Assembly (NCBI RefSeq): GCF_006345805.1
Contig: NC_043001.1
Span: 41,602,001-41,666,000, forward strand
Source of the DNA: Octopus sinensis
Lineage: Eukaryota
Direction of reading: 5' to 3'
Length of the DNA stretch: 64,000 nucleotides
Part shown: piece after piece, positions 52,316 to 64,000 of the stretch
How the letters are laid out: every line of letters begins with the position of its first letter
How positions within the stretch are numbered: position 1 is the stretch's first letter
Position numbers and translations under genes: made by a program
Notes under the pieces: generated by a model
What the model saw: only the letters and a program-made list of their open reading frames with translations
What the model was told of the DNA's origin: nothing
Databases searched by the model: none

Positions 52316-52527
52316 TGGAAAAGAATTTATGCTGTGTATGGGTCTGAGTGTGTGTATATATTCATGTGTGTATCTATGTGAGAGAAAGAAAGAGAGAGAG
52401 GGAGAGAGTGAAGAAGAAAGATAGTTAGATTGGATGTTGTGTATGTGTGACTGAGTATGTAGATGAGCTTTGTGTTTGCATATGTGCGTGTGAGTGTATT
52501 GTGAGTTTGCATGTGTATGTGAGTCTG

Positions 52528-52558
<31 letters not shown>

Positions 52559-53349
52559 TGTGCATGTGCTGCTGTATTTGCGTTTGACAACAGATGTTGG
52601 TTTGTTTACATCTCCATCTAACTTAGCAGTTCAGCAAAAGAGATTGATCAAATAAGTACCAGACTTTAAAAATAAGCAGTGGGGGTGATTTATTTGACTA
52701 AACTCTTCAAAGTGGTAACTCTGCATGGCTATAGTCCATGTATGGGAATATAGTGTCTGATAGATATAAGAAGAAGACAGCTGGCAACAAAGAAAAGGAG
52801 AGACAAACACAGCTAAGAAAGATGATTCCTAGAACAAAATCCTCTAAAGAAATTTCTAATGGAATCCTTCTGATCATGCTTTCTTCAACAGCACAAAGTG
52901 ACACAATCACTACACAGACTAAGAAAATACATTCACTCCAATTCCAGTCACCAACAGTTACCTCGAGACATTTTGAATATTCCACTCTGATACAGCATGG
53001 AAAAACAGATATTGACAACCTATATTACCATGTCTACATCACAGATAACATGAGATGAAAAAAAGGACAGAGAAATTGATAGTGAGAGAAAAAGAGAGAG
53101 AAAAATAATGTCAAAGTATGGTGGGAGACAGGGCTGAGAGAATTGATTGAGACTGTGGCATTTACTCTGACTGACTGGTTGTTTCTTTTCTTATCATTGT
53201 TGTTGTTATTTAACCACAAGTGGGTCCTGATCAAACAAATCCATAATTAAAGGATTTTTAGCCATGACCTTCCATCACTCCATCAACCCTGAACTTTATT
53301 ATCTAAAATATCAATCTCTTATGGCTTTTTGAAAAAAGCTTTGGGCACA

Positions 53350-53600
53350 AAGAAGGCACAGCAATATCAGAGGAAGGTTAACAGGGAAACCAGATTTTGT
53401 ATGTGGAAGATGCACACGTACAATAAATGCTGAAAATGTGCAAAAAATAGACTCCATCAACTGCCAGGGAGGCAAGCTAGAGGTAGTAGATAGCTTCCAT
53501 TATTTTGGTGACCAAGTTAGTTGTGGAGGTGGATGCTCTGAGTATGTAGCTGTGAGAATAAGATTAAGCTGAGCAAAGTTCAGAGAACTCCTACTCCTGC
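53350..53600 (+). mobile_element. RTE fragment
   Basis: FVCGRCT..LEVVDSFHYFGDQVSCGGGCSE..RIRLS*AKFRELL. Confidence 0.8.
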
Positions 53601-54537
53601 TGGCAACTAATGAAGATGATGATGATGGTGGTGGTGGTGGTGGCAGCCAGACTGAGCGATAAGTACTGAATTATGCTACACCCCAGGATTAAGTCAGTCA
53701 TGAGCCTTTTTTTTTTACTCAAGGCTAGAACTTAACCAATTTCCATGACATATAAGTGAGTAAGATTACAACACTCCTCCCCTCTCAATGGAATGCTGAT
53801 CTGTTGCAGGGTTAGGTTCTCAGAACAAACTGGAGCAACATGAAATGAAATATTTTGTTCCAGGACACAACACATTGCCCAGTCTAAGAATCAAAACCAC
53901 AATCTTAAATCATTGGAGCAAAACTCCAAATACTAGGCCACATGTCTTCACCATTCTTAGGATTGAGTACAAGTATTTTTATTTTTATTTGGGCTACTTG
54001 CAATTTTAGGGATTTAGAGGGGTTGCAATCTATTACTTTCTATTTTATTCAAATATTTATATTTTAATGATATTTTGAGCAAATCAGTAAAATTTCAATG
54101 AAATAATACTTTGCCATATTCTTAAATACTTTAATTCAGATTGTATTATGAGCACACACTCTTGGAAAAACAAATCACAGATGCTTTATAACTATTATGG
54201 AAGAATAAGTGACTCGATGCAGTAATTTACCAATTTTATGCAGTTCATAAAAGTAATGCATAAATTGAGAAGAATCAGTGAAATTCCATGAACTTTTACT
54301 TCTCATTGAAATTTATTGCATTATAGGCTATTATTGTTAACTTACATGACAAAAGCTGATACTGTGCTACCAATTACATTTTGTTCAGAAAAACTTGTTC
54401 AAGCAATCATTATATGTGCACATTAATATTTCTAAATATTTTCTTCATAAATCCAGTGTAAAATTTTGGTATTTTTAAAAATCAATTTTAAGCTCAAAAT
54501 ATTTTGATAATTATAAATAACTAGTATATAGTAATGG

Positions 54538-54730
54538 CAAGGTGGCGAGCTGGCAGAATCATTAGCACACTGGGCAAAATCCTGAGCAGCATTTTGTCAG
54601 CCATTACATTCTGAATTCAAATTCTGCCACCTTTCGTTCTTTTGGAGTCGATGAAATAGATATCAGTTGAGCACTGGGAACAATGGCCTCATGCCTCCCC
54701 GAAATGGCTGGCCTTGTGCCAAAATTTGAA
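54538..54730 (+). mobile_element. SINE family 3
   Basis: AAGGTGGCGAGCTGGCAGAATCATTAGCAC..TGAATTCAAATTC..GGCCTTGTGCCAAAATTTGAAA. Confidence 0.82.
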
Positions 54731-55639
54731 ATAAATTTATAGTAATGGCATTCATGTACATTATTGAATGATTGAATCCAGAAGTCAAACATAGGTGACA
54801 GGCACTCTTGGTATTATTTTTTTTAAGCAAGTTTTCATCTTGAGATAGGTTCTACTGGTGCTGGAATTATAAGTGTTTATTAATAATTTTATGCAAGTAC
54901 TAACATGTTATCTTAATGACAACAGGATTATCTAATTTTGTTTCAATGTATTTTCCTCTTTATTTAGAATAGTAAGGTATGAAAGAAAGGATGTGGTCTT
55001 CTGGCTCATCTACGAAAGCAATGGCTCCTAATAAAGCTATCTTGAACCATGATAACCATTCACTATCTTTAACTGAACATTTATAATTTGTACATAAAGT
55101 ATAGATATCTGTTAAATATTGTGCAATATTGTGCAATATATTTCACGTTCTCTATGTATAGAGTAAACTGCCCCTTTTTTATTGAGGCTGGTTGATTTTT
55201 CATACTGTAGATGTGTTTAAGCAATTTTGCTATTTCCTTTTTTAAGTGGATTAATAAAGATTAAACATATTCTGCTTATTATTTTCTACCTATAACTCTT
55301 AAATAAAATTATGTTTTAGACTTTCCTTTTGTTCATTTTTCATCCTATCAATTATATGCAATACAATATTCTATATTTTAAGAGTTTTAAGAATTTTAAG
55401 TGGTTTGATAAAAATCAAACAGACCCTGCTTTAATTTGTATATGTTATACAATTTTGTTCTTTATTTTTCGTTGTTTAGATTATATTTTTGGCATATATT
55501 TAGCCTGTGTCCAGAAATCTGGAAAATCTAGAAATCTAGACCACCTACAGTCCCAAGGTTACCAGATAACGGGTTCGGTACATGTATGTATGTATGTATG
55601 TATGGAAAAATATGTCTCTTCTATTTTTTAATTATATAA

Positions 55640-56018
55640 ATCTTCCACTGAGGAGGGAGCCAATTTCCAAGAAAGATACAAGGCTCCATCTTAACACAGA
55701 CAAATACACATTTGGAACTTGAGAAAAGTCTTGCATATTTTTACTGTTCCACTCACAGATTGCACTTGTAACATATGAATTAGCCGGTTGATTTCTCTTT
55801 TTGAAAATCCCAGTTTATCCAAATTCTCCTTTAAGCATTTACTAACAAAACCTAGTGCTCCAATTATTATTGGTATGAATATGAATTCATAGTCTGGATA
55901 TAGAATCTGGAGGTTTTGAAACAGTTGTCCATAGATATCCTCTTTTTCTTTGATTTTCAAAGAGATATTTATATTTTCAGGGCAGCTGACCTCTTTGATG
56001 GTACATACCTTTGCCCCT
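55640..56018 (-). mobile_element. R4/Dong-like LINE 3' end (RLE endonuclease C-terminus)
   Basis: Open minus frame AKVCTIKEVSCPENINISLKIKEKEDIYGQL..LYPDYEF.FIPIIIGALG..GTVKICKTFLKF. Confidence 0.85.
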
Positions 56019-56129
56019 ATGTATGTATGTATGTATGTATGTATGTATGTATGTATGTATGTATGTATGTATGTATGTATGTATGCATGTATGTATGTAT
56101 GTATGTATGTATGTACGTACGTACGTACA

Positions 56130-56580
56130 CCTGTGTTGATTTCTCTCTCAGAATAAAATGCATGTGATATGATACTTGTATATGAATAGCAATGCAGCAT
56201 GATAGTGAAATGTGGGCCCTGAATGAAGAGGGTTTGAAAAAAAACAAATAAATGAAGCTAGCATGCACTGCTGGATGTACAATGTTAATATACATGAATA
56301 ATGATGTACAACTAAGTTGAGAGAAAAACTAGCAAAAGAGGAACCAGATGTAGTGTGAAAGAGAGAAGACTGCACTGGTATGGTCGAGGATGTGTATAAC
56401 TGAGAGCAGCTGTATAAAGAATTAATTGCTTAATGTAGATGGAGCTTGTGGACGAGGAAGACTTAGGAAGACAAAGAATGAAGTAGTGAAGGCTGATATC
56501 AGGATTTTGAACCTTTTGGAGATGACAAATGAGTAGGATGCCTGGTGATATGTGGTGCTTGAGAAGTTTGACTATTTCAA
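56130..56580 (+). mobile_element. RTE C-terminal fragment
   Basis: HDSEMWALN, ERRLHWYG and GRGRLRKT. Confidence 0.75.
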
Positions 56581-57479
56581 TAAAACTGTGGTTCTAGAAG
56601 CATAATGCGTATATATACAACAGGGCTCCTTACTCAACATGCTAACCAAGCCTTCCCACTATGATCTCATCTTTCCATCACTGATTCCTCCATCATTTGC
56701 ATAACTGCAGTATTTTGTTGTTGCAATTAGAATAAGAGCAAACTATATATCTTATCATCTTTTCTGTTATACCAGTTATCTTTCTCAGTACCTGGAATAA
56801 ATTGGCACCATTCATTTGATATCATTGGATATCATTCACTTGATATCCATCCTTCATTTCTATCATTGTCCCTCTTCACCCACATTTTATATTGATCACT
56901 CTTCTGTGGTATTAAATTATCTCTCCCTCTTCCCTGAACCACTTTCTATTGACCTACTTCTATCACTATACATTTTTCACTGCACCCACATTCTACATCT
57001 GTCTCTTCTCAAGCATTCTTACAACCTACATACCTATCTATCATCTCCCTTTCTCTCATCCTTCCCCTGTTTACTGTATAATAATACTATTCTATCATTC
57101 TTAATCTCTTTCTGTACTGCCAGTCATCACTTACTTTTCCCTACCTTGTCTTCAGTCATATGTATCATTAATCAGCCCTCTACACTTGTTCATCATTCAC
57201 AGCATCAACTTCTCAAACCCTGTCCAATCTCTACAATCATCATCTACTCTTCCATACCTTCCTTGCAACATATACTTTTCATCTCTGAACACTTGTTCTT
57301 CATTTATAATATTCACTTTTCATTCTCCATTTATAACCACCCCTGACTCTCATCATACACTTTTGCAACCTCTACCTACATAGCCATTCTGTTTTCTATC
57401 TTCCCTCACTTCTATTCACCTCCTTGTACCTTGTATTTCTGATTGGCAAAAAATTCTAGCATCTACATAAGCTCTCTAT

Positions 57480-58460
57480 ATTATCCCGCTCCTAACTTGC
57501 AGGAAACAAATAATAAGAGACAATATAAAGCATCGATCCATCCATGGATCTTCCATCTTCTCCATCCACTATTCCTGCAAGTGACATGGGAGAGGTGGAA
57601 TTAGAATATTCAGGCACCTCCTCCATAGATTCCTATCAGGAGCAACATTTAGATTTTCTAGCTAAATTCTCAAGCATGACCATCTGAGACTATGGATATT
57701 ATTCAACCATTTCATTTTTGATCTACCCCTAAGTCTCCTTCCTGTTGACTCAGTTTGAAGACTCCTTTTTGTGAGTCGTTCCTGTGACATTCTAGTCACA
57801 TGTCAATAGTACCAGAATCGTGACTCCTCAATGTGGAGAAATAGCAGCTCAATCTGGAGAGATACCTTGATTTCTGAACTATGTACCTGTTCAGTAATGT
57901 TACTCCAGGAATAATAATGTTACTCAAGAAATCCTTTGGATGAACCCCATTTCAGCTGCTTGCATTTGCAATTGAACTCTTTTATTCATTACCTAATATA
58001 TTTCTTTACTACCCACAAGGGGCTAAACATAGAGGGGACAAATAAGGACAGACAAAGGGATTAAGTCAATTACATTGACCCCAGTGCGAAACTGGTACTT
58101 TATTTATCGACCCCGAAAGGATGAAAGGCAAAGTCTACCTCGGTGGAATTTGAACTCAGAACGTAACGGCAGACGAAATACCGCTAAGCATTTCGCCCGG
58201 CACGCTAACGTTTCTGCCAGCTCACCGCCTTATTCATTACCTAATATTCATTACCTAATATTCAATCCTACGCCCACTAATTGTGACACTACTTCCGCAA
58301 CAGCTTCACATGTCAATCCTGTTTGCAAAAATTATGAAAAGGAGAGGTAACAACACACCCCTGACAAAGTCCAACAACCACATTGAAATGACTGATAATT
58401 GCTGCATCATAGTTGGTAGATAATATTTCAGACTTAAACAAGTGGTAACAGAGGTGTAAA
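57480..58460 (-). mobile_element. RTE-X-like LINE relic interrupted by a SINE
   Basis: Minus-strand VVVGLCQGCV..LLFIIFANRID near 58300-58390 and AGIVDG.. near 57570. Confidence 0.5.
58000..58230 (-). mobile_element. SINE family 3, young copy with TSD
   Basis: CpG-rich head AAGGCGGTGAGCTGGCAGAAACG..GAGTTCAAATTCC. 18-bp flanking repeat TTATTCATTACCTAATAT at 57982-57999 and 58230-58247. Confidence 0.92.
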
Positions 58461-58467
58461 ATGTAAC

Positions 58468-58702
58468 CTTTGATGAAATCTCATGTAACAGAAAACTGGC
58501 TTCAAACTGGAAAATAGCTAGTGAGAAGAAAAACAGGCTTAAGATTATGGCTGAAAAAACTGGCAGAACATTACTATAGTGGTAATAATAAGTTAAAGCA
58601 ATATTTTCATTTACTATTACCCCTATGATAATAGATGTTACCATAAATAAAGCAGTAGAACAATGTGGAAAATTGTTAGTGAATTTGTAAGAAAGATGCT
58701 GC
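58468..58702 (-). CDS. Candidate hydrophobic exon of an unidentified host gene (61-nt or 235-nt form)
   Basis: Acceptor TATTAACATATTTTTGTGTGATCAG|G at 58702. Donors are TG|GTAACA (exon end 58642) or AAG|GTTACA (exon end 58468). Both forms are phase-compatible with 51284-51371. Confidence 0.3.
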
Positions 58703-59531
58703 CTGATCACACAAAAATATGTTAATAAGTATTGTGTTTTTCAATCAGAAATATGTCTGTTTAATTAAACAGAATGTCTATTTGAAGAATTCAGATCACC
58801 ATTTGTGGTTTAAATATAACTGTTATTTTAAAAACATGACTGTTTTGCTCAAACATTGGAGTCACCAATTGTAGCAAATAAAAAGAAGGCTTGCAGAGAT
58901 AACAACAATGATAGGTTATATATCATTTTGGCCTTCATTTCCTAAATACCAACAGTAAATTGACCTCCTCCAATCTTAAAGGTAAAATAGTTCAATAAGC
59001 ACATAGACAACAACATGGTTTGTAAGTGCAGCAAGCATGGTTTGTAAGAGCAGAATTCAAACACAGATTATAACAGATTTTAATTTACAAGATCAATCAA
59101 GACAAAATTTACATGTAAGAATATACATAAATAACCAATTAGATAGCCAAAGATAGATAAGTCATTTAGATATCTAACAGCAAAAAAATATGAACAAAAA
59201 AATATGAACAAGCATATTTTCTTGTTTCACAAAGTCAGGTGGATAATTTATGCTGTTGAAAATGGTCATATATGATTTCTTAGTTGCAGAGTAAAATAAG
59301 TGCAAATACATAAATGGCCAACAATAAAGAGAAAAGCTATACAACTATAAGTTACTCTGTTGAAGCAATATCTTCAGAGAGTAAGAATTAATGAATATTC
59401 TTTATAAGGATATTAGTAGTTACCAGCAGTTAACATCCTTAGTAAAATATAATGGTAATTACCAGTTCTATCATTGAAGAGACAGCAAGGTAGATTATGA
59501 GTGAAAGACCTGTGAGGAAAACATGACAGTG

Positions 59532-59778
59532 CAATGGTTCTCAATCATTTTTTCCTTATGGATCCCCACCCCTTTGGTTCCTATTTTACTCTTATGGAAC
59601 CACATAGCCAGTCAATAGTTATATAAAATCCTCTCGTATTTTTATAATTGAATATTATTAGGAATTGTATAAAAGAAAATTATTAAAATATTTTGTGTAT
59701 TTATTGGACATAAATTTTAACAGCAAGATCTTATTTGGACCCCACAAGGGCCTTATGGACCTTGGTTGAGAACCACTG
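59532..59778. mobile_element. hAT-like MITE, 247 bp
   Basis: TIR CAATGGTTCTCAATC / GGTTGAGAACCACTG (Charlie-type). The 8-bp TSD is not preserved. Confidence 0.7.
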
Positions 59779-60088
59779 GTATAAAGGAAAGATAGGGTTG
59801 TAAATGCATGAGAATAGAGAATAGATAGAGACTAACTGGTATAGTGAAGACATATATAACCTAGGAGTTAAGGGAATATGTGTGTGTGTACACATACACA
59901 TATGCATGTATATGAGTGTGTATATACATACATGTACATATACACATGGATACACGTGGGTGTGTAGATGCACATACATGTATTTGCACACATGCACATA
60001 TATTGTTTTCTGTGCCACTTGTATAGCAAAAATAAATCTATCCAACCCAGCATGGAAAGCAGACATAAAACAAAGATGATAACAAGTA

Positions 60089-60135
<47 letters not shown>

Positions 60136-60145
60136 TGTGTGTATG

Positions 60146-60890
60146 TATCATCGTCATCATCATCATTGTTTAACGTCTGTTTTCCATGCTAGCATAGGTT
60201 GGACAGTTCAACCGGGGTCTGGGAAGCCAGGAGGCTGCACAAGTCTCCAGTCTGATCAGCCAGTGTTTCTACAGCTGGATGCCCTTCCTAACACCAATCA
60301 CTCTGTGAGTGTAGTGGGTGCTTTTTATGTGCCACTGGCACAGGGGCCAAAGGAGGCTGGCAACAGCTATGATCAGTTGGTTGTTTTTTACGTGCCACAG
60401 GCACGGACGCCAGTCAAGGCAGTGCTGGCATTGGCCATGTTCAGATGGTGCTTTTTACATGCTACTGGCACAGGTATCACAACTACAATTTCCATTTGAT
60501 TTTTTTATTTTGATGTTGATGTACTTGACTCAATAGGTCTCCTCAAGCACAGAAGGTCGCCCTACGATCAAAGGTAAGCACAGCAGGCTGTCCTACAAGC
60601 CATGAACTCACTTCATTTGTCGGGTCTTTGCAGTTACAGCATATCTCCATAGGTCTTGGTCTTTCGTCATTGCCTCTGTGAGGCCCAGCATTTGAAGGTC
60701 ATGCTTGACCACCTCGTCCCATGTCTTCCTGGGTCTACCTCTACCCCAGATTCCTTCAACTGTTTGGGAGTGGCACTTCTCCACACACCTCTTCTCATCC
60801 ATCCATAGTACATAACTATACCAATGCAAACGTCTCTCCTGCATGCCACATCCGCTGCTTCTGATGTCCAACATTTCTCTCACTGCATGA
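60146..60890 (-). mobile_element. RTE C-terminus and 3' tail
   Basis: QERRLHWY..GRGRPRKTWDEVVKHDL..DLWRYAV, followed by the standard (GAT)n tail. Confidence 0.92.
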
Positions 60891-61014
60891 TATAAAGGAG
60901 AGTTTTCTCAGCAACTCAATACACTCAAAACACTCAAATGATAAGGAATGCAGTTCTCACGTGTGTAGTAAATTAAGTTGGATATTGGAATAATTTACCA
61001 TACCCATGACAGAG

Positions 61015-61280
61015 TGTAAGGAAACTGAAAGAAGCCCATCGTATATATGTATATATGTGTGTGTGTGTGTTTGTTTGTCTGTGTTTGTGCCCCCCAACAT
61101 CGCTTGATAACTGATGCTGGTGTGTTTACGTCCCCGTAACTTAGTGGTTTGGCAAAAGAGACTGATAGAATAAGTACTAGGCTTACAATGAATAAGTCCT
61201 GGGGTCGATTTGCTCGACTAAAGGTGGTGCTCCAGCATGGCCACAGTCAAATGACTGAAACAAGTAAAAACAGTAGAAAA
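61015..61280 (+). mobile_element. SINE family 2 3' two-thirds
   Basis: GGAAACTGAAAGAAGCCC..CCAGCATGGCCACAGTCAAATGACTGAAACAAGTAAA. Confidence 0.88.
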
Positions 61281-61759
61281 AAGAGTATACCATCCCCCAA
61301 AAAATTGTTTTGCTATAGTTTATTCATGCATATCAATTAATATTATTTATACAAGAAGAGGCAGAAAAATGAAAGAAGCAGTACAATGTAAGGATAAAAC
61401 TATAAACGTCTGATGGAATTGTTTTACTGTACATTCATATCCTCCTGGGGTTAACTTTGTCTTTCATCGTATCCTTCAGGAATTGATGAAAGATTAAAAA
61501 TCATAATTGTTATTTAATTTTTGTTTCTCATGCATACATAGATATACACACACATTAAACACAATACCTTTGCAAATACCAATTTGAGATCAAACAAAAA
61601 AAATCCACTGACATAACTTAAATCACATATTTATCACTTTGCTTGTGATCATAAAAATTGGAACACTTGCAAAATTCTTTTTTCTTTTTTTTTTTAGTAT
61701 TCATTGAAATCAAACCATTTCTTGTATTAAGATTTTGATGAAAGAGAATTTATCTTTGT

Positions 61760-62080
61760 TCATAATCAAAATGTTATAATCAATATTTCTGGTATAATTA
61801 TCTTCGAGTTTTTAATCCTTTTAATTATATTGTTGGCAAGCTTCTACAACAATGTTGGTTCTAATTTGTACCATTCTTTATGAACTGCCACAAATAAAGA
61901 TTTCTTGCTTTTAAAAAAATTTTAAATCCAGCTTTGACTTAATGATCTGCCAAAAATGTTCAATATGTTTCAAAGCTGGAGACTGTTTCAGCCAAAAGGA
62001 AATCTCAATTTCATGATCTTGGAGAAGCATTTTGAATAATTTGGCAGAATGACCAGTGGCATTATTATGTTGATTAATCT
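61760..62080 (-). mobile_element. Tc1 transposase C-terminal relic
   Basis: Minus-strand WLKQSPALKHIEHFWQIIK..VHKEWYKL..KLANNIIKRI. Confidence 0.6.
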
Positions 62081-62479
62081 GTGCTGTGTTTTAATTGTTA
62101 TATAAATGGAAGGAAGATACTTTTGTAAACTTTCTTCCTCAAATTACCAAACAGTAGCACTTTCATAAGAGAGAATGAGTGATCTAATATTTTGACTAGT
62201 GAAACATGGACAATCATGGCCACCACCACCAACAACAACACCATAAAGTTTTCTTGAGAGTTGTAAGCAATTTTATTTGATATTTTTTTTTTTTATTTGA
62301 ACCTTTTAAACAGTTATGATGACCTTCTGACTGGCAATAGAGAAAATAATCTTCATTATAGATATATTAGTACATATATGGATTAATGATTAAACAAAAA
62401 AAAGAAGCTATGTGTGACTTAGAGAGGAATAGGGTGTATTTGTGGATCTTACTGAGTGGATTTATCTTATTTTTCGTTC

Positions 62480-63840
62480 CATTCCATTTTTTTTATTTAT
62501 TTATAACACTTTTAATGAAGAAGAGGAAACCACATCTTATGAATTGCCATTTAACCTACTACTTCAGGATCTGTAAGTAGTAAATCTTACATGCTGCTAA
62601 CATTCTCTTCTCACATGAGTACCTTTAACAGAGTTTCCAGGAAAAGGCTTCTTGTTTAAAACCTACTTCCAAAGAGGCCTGGGTATTAGCCCCATGAATA
62701 ATGCCCTTAGATGCTGCTCTAGAAGTTGGTGGCTAATCTTGTATCATCATCTCCCAGTGACTAGTGCCCCAGCAAGCACAAGTCATATGGACAAGTAAGA
62801 CTGCTTACCTACAGCCTCTGTCCATCTCACATCGCTCTGATCTGTGATTTTCTCTCAGACCTCACTATTGTGGTATGTGCTGATGGCGCTCTCTGATCCA
62901 AGTTCCATTGAACTTGATATGTCCCACAGCTCAGTTTAATCCTCTCCCACTTATCTACTTGCAGTCACCTCAAATAATGTCCTCACCTATGCATGTGATA
63001 CTATTCTTCATTGTTTGCTAACTTTCTGCACCCAAGCATCATCGATAAGCAATCTAGATCTTATGTGAAATTTGTGTTGAATCCCTAAGTAGAAACCTGG
63101 AGGACATCTTCCGGTAAGATCGTGCAAACCTTGCTTCTTTCAATGACAAAAAATAAAAACACAATTACTGCACATAAAAAGACAGCTGCTGCATCTGGCC
63201 CCTCTTGCCATGAAGAACAAAAACCTTTATGATTGTTTCAAAAGCTTGGCCCCTACCACCACTGATGATCTCTCCTGATGATCTCATATTCTCAATGTTA
63301 TAATGATTGACCTTCTTCATATCCAGAAAATACTTCAGCCCACCACCTCCAGTAACCACTAACTCTATACAAAAGTCAGGGAAGACCTACATTGAGGGAC
63401 TGCACAAAAATCTGGGATGGTGCTGCTACTATACACATTCAAATATAATAGATTGCATATAAAGAAAGGTAATTTGACAGGTTGTTATGAACACACAAAC
63501 AAACACAAACACTCCAACCTCTGGCTCTTCTCTCAGCCTTTTCTACCATTCCTATAGTGAACATTTCTTTTTAAAACCAGTTGGTCTTATGTAACTTCAC
63601 TCATCTCTCTCCCTCTCATCTTGTGTATATGTCTACCTCTTTCCATCACAGGCCTCACATTAACCATCCTACCTAAACCTACATTCTCAAAATGTCGGCC
63701 TTCTGGAATTCCCTCCTTGCACATGTTTTTCTTGCAGTCATTTACTTGCAAACAGCTCAAGCAGAATGTTAATGAAATCAATTTCACTGATCCCAAAGGG
63801 CCTGCAAGGGCCATGAGGGACAGCCTATTCTTCCAGACTA
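62480..63840 (+). mobile_element. CR1/L2-group LINE RT to 3' end, decayed
   Basis: KKRKP..NCH..ICK (NYRP..ISK-like), TYACDT (YADD) near 62990, and a 3' end homologous to 28945-29215. Confidence 0.65.
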
Positions 63841-64000
63841 AATTATTATAAGAAAAAAAATGCAGTTGCTTACAACAAACAACTGTATCACCTCATATTT
63901 CCTTTTTACAGTTAAGCTATCTATACCATTATATATTAAATGACTTTGCCAAGTTCAAAGCATGGTGGTGGCAATGAATATGGACTATTAACCCCTCAGT

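Noticed and set aside
52738-53058. 106-aa plus ORF and a 25-nt minus mini-exon (SGIFKMSR)
   Set aside because: No homology recognised, and the splice signals are only moderate.
56600-57480. Long ORFs in a pyrimidine-rich tract (also 47380-47970 and 30290-30500 in reverse)
   Set aside because: Low-complexity C/T- or G/A-skewed decayed repeat. The ORFs reflect stop-codon scarcity.
61975-62020. Minus-strand GGCTGAAACAG as a hammerhead relic
   Set aside because: It is explained as the W(P)xQSPDL codons of the Tc1 relic.
62521-62572. Plus-strand exon-like segment EEETTSYELPFNLLLQD with GTAAGT donor
   Set aside because: Another frame matches the KKG..NYRP..ISK region of the CR1-like RT relic that continues downstream, and the acceptor is poor.

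Overview
AT-rich, microsatellite-saturated eukaryotic DNA, intronic or intergenic. The SINE, RTE and MITE families look like those of a coleoid cephalopod, probably Octopus; that assignment is from recall, not a search. Most of the window is decayed mobile DNA. It holds about seven Tc1/mariner lineages, including an inverted pair of full-length Tc1 copies and a full-length Hsmar1-like mariner. It also holds many RTE LINE fragments, CR1-like and R4/Dong-like (RLE) LINE relics, Penelope-like relics, three tRNA-derived SINE families, TTAA-flanked piggyBac-like MITEs, other MITEs, a Helitron 3' end and two LTR-like segments. No intact transposase or reverse transcriptase ORF is present, and nearly all ORFs in the track are microsatellite or TE artefacts. 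Five things stand out. (1) A 322-bp near-perfect hairpin (14933-15254) carries an apparently complete type I hammerhead ribozyme in one arm, while the opposite arm lacks 12 nt covering its stem I and the start of the core. (2) Two R4/Dong LINE pieces about 20 kb apart on opposite strands join in frame if 36237-56018 is flipped, suggesting an inversion. (3) The Hsmar1-like mariner. (4) A 547-bp unit is duplicated in tandem inside (ATT)n. (5) A few phase-compatible candidate exons suggest an unidentified minus-strand host gene. All identities and protein similarities were judged by eye.
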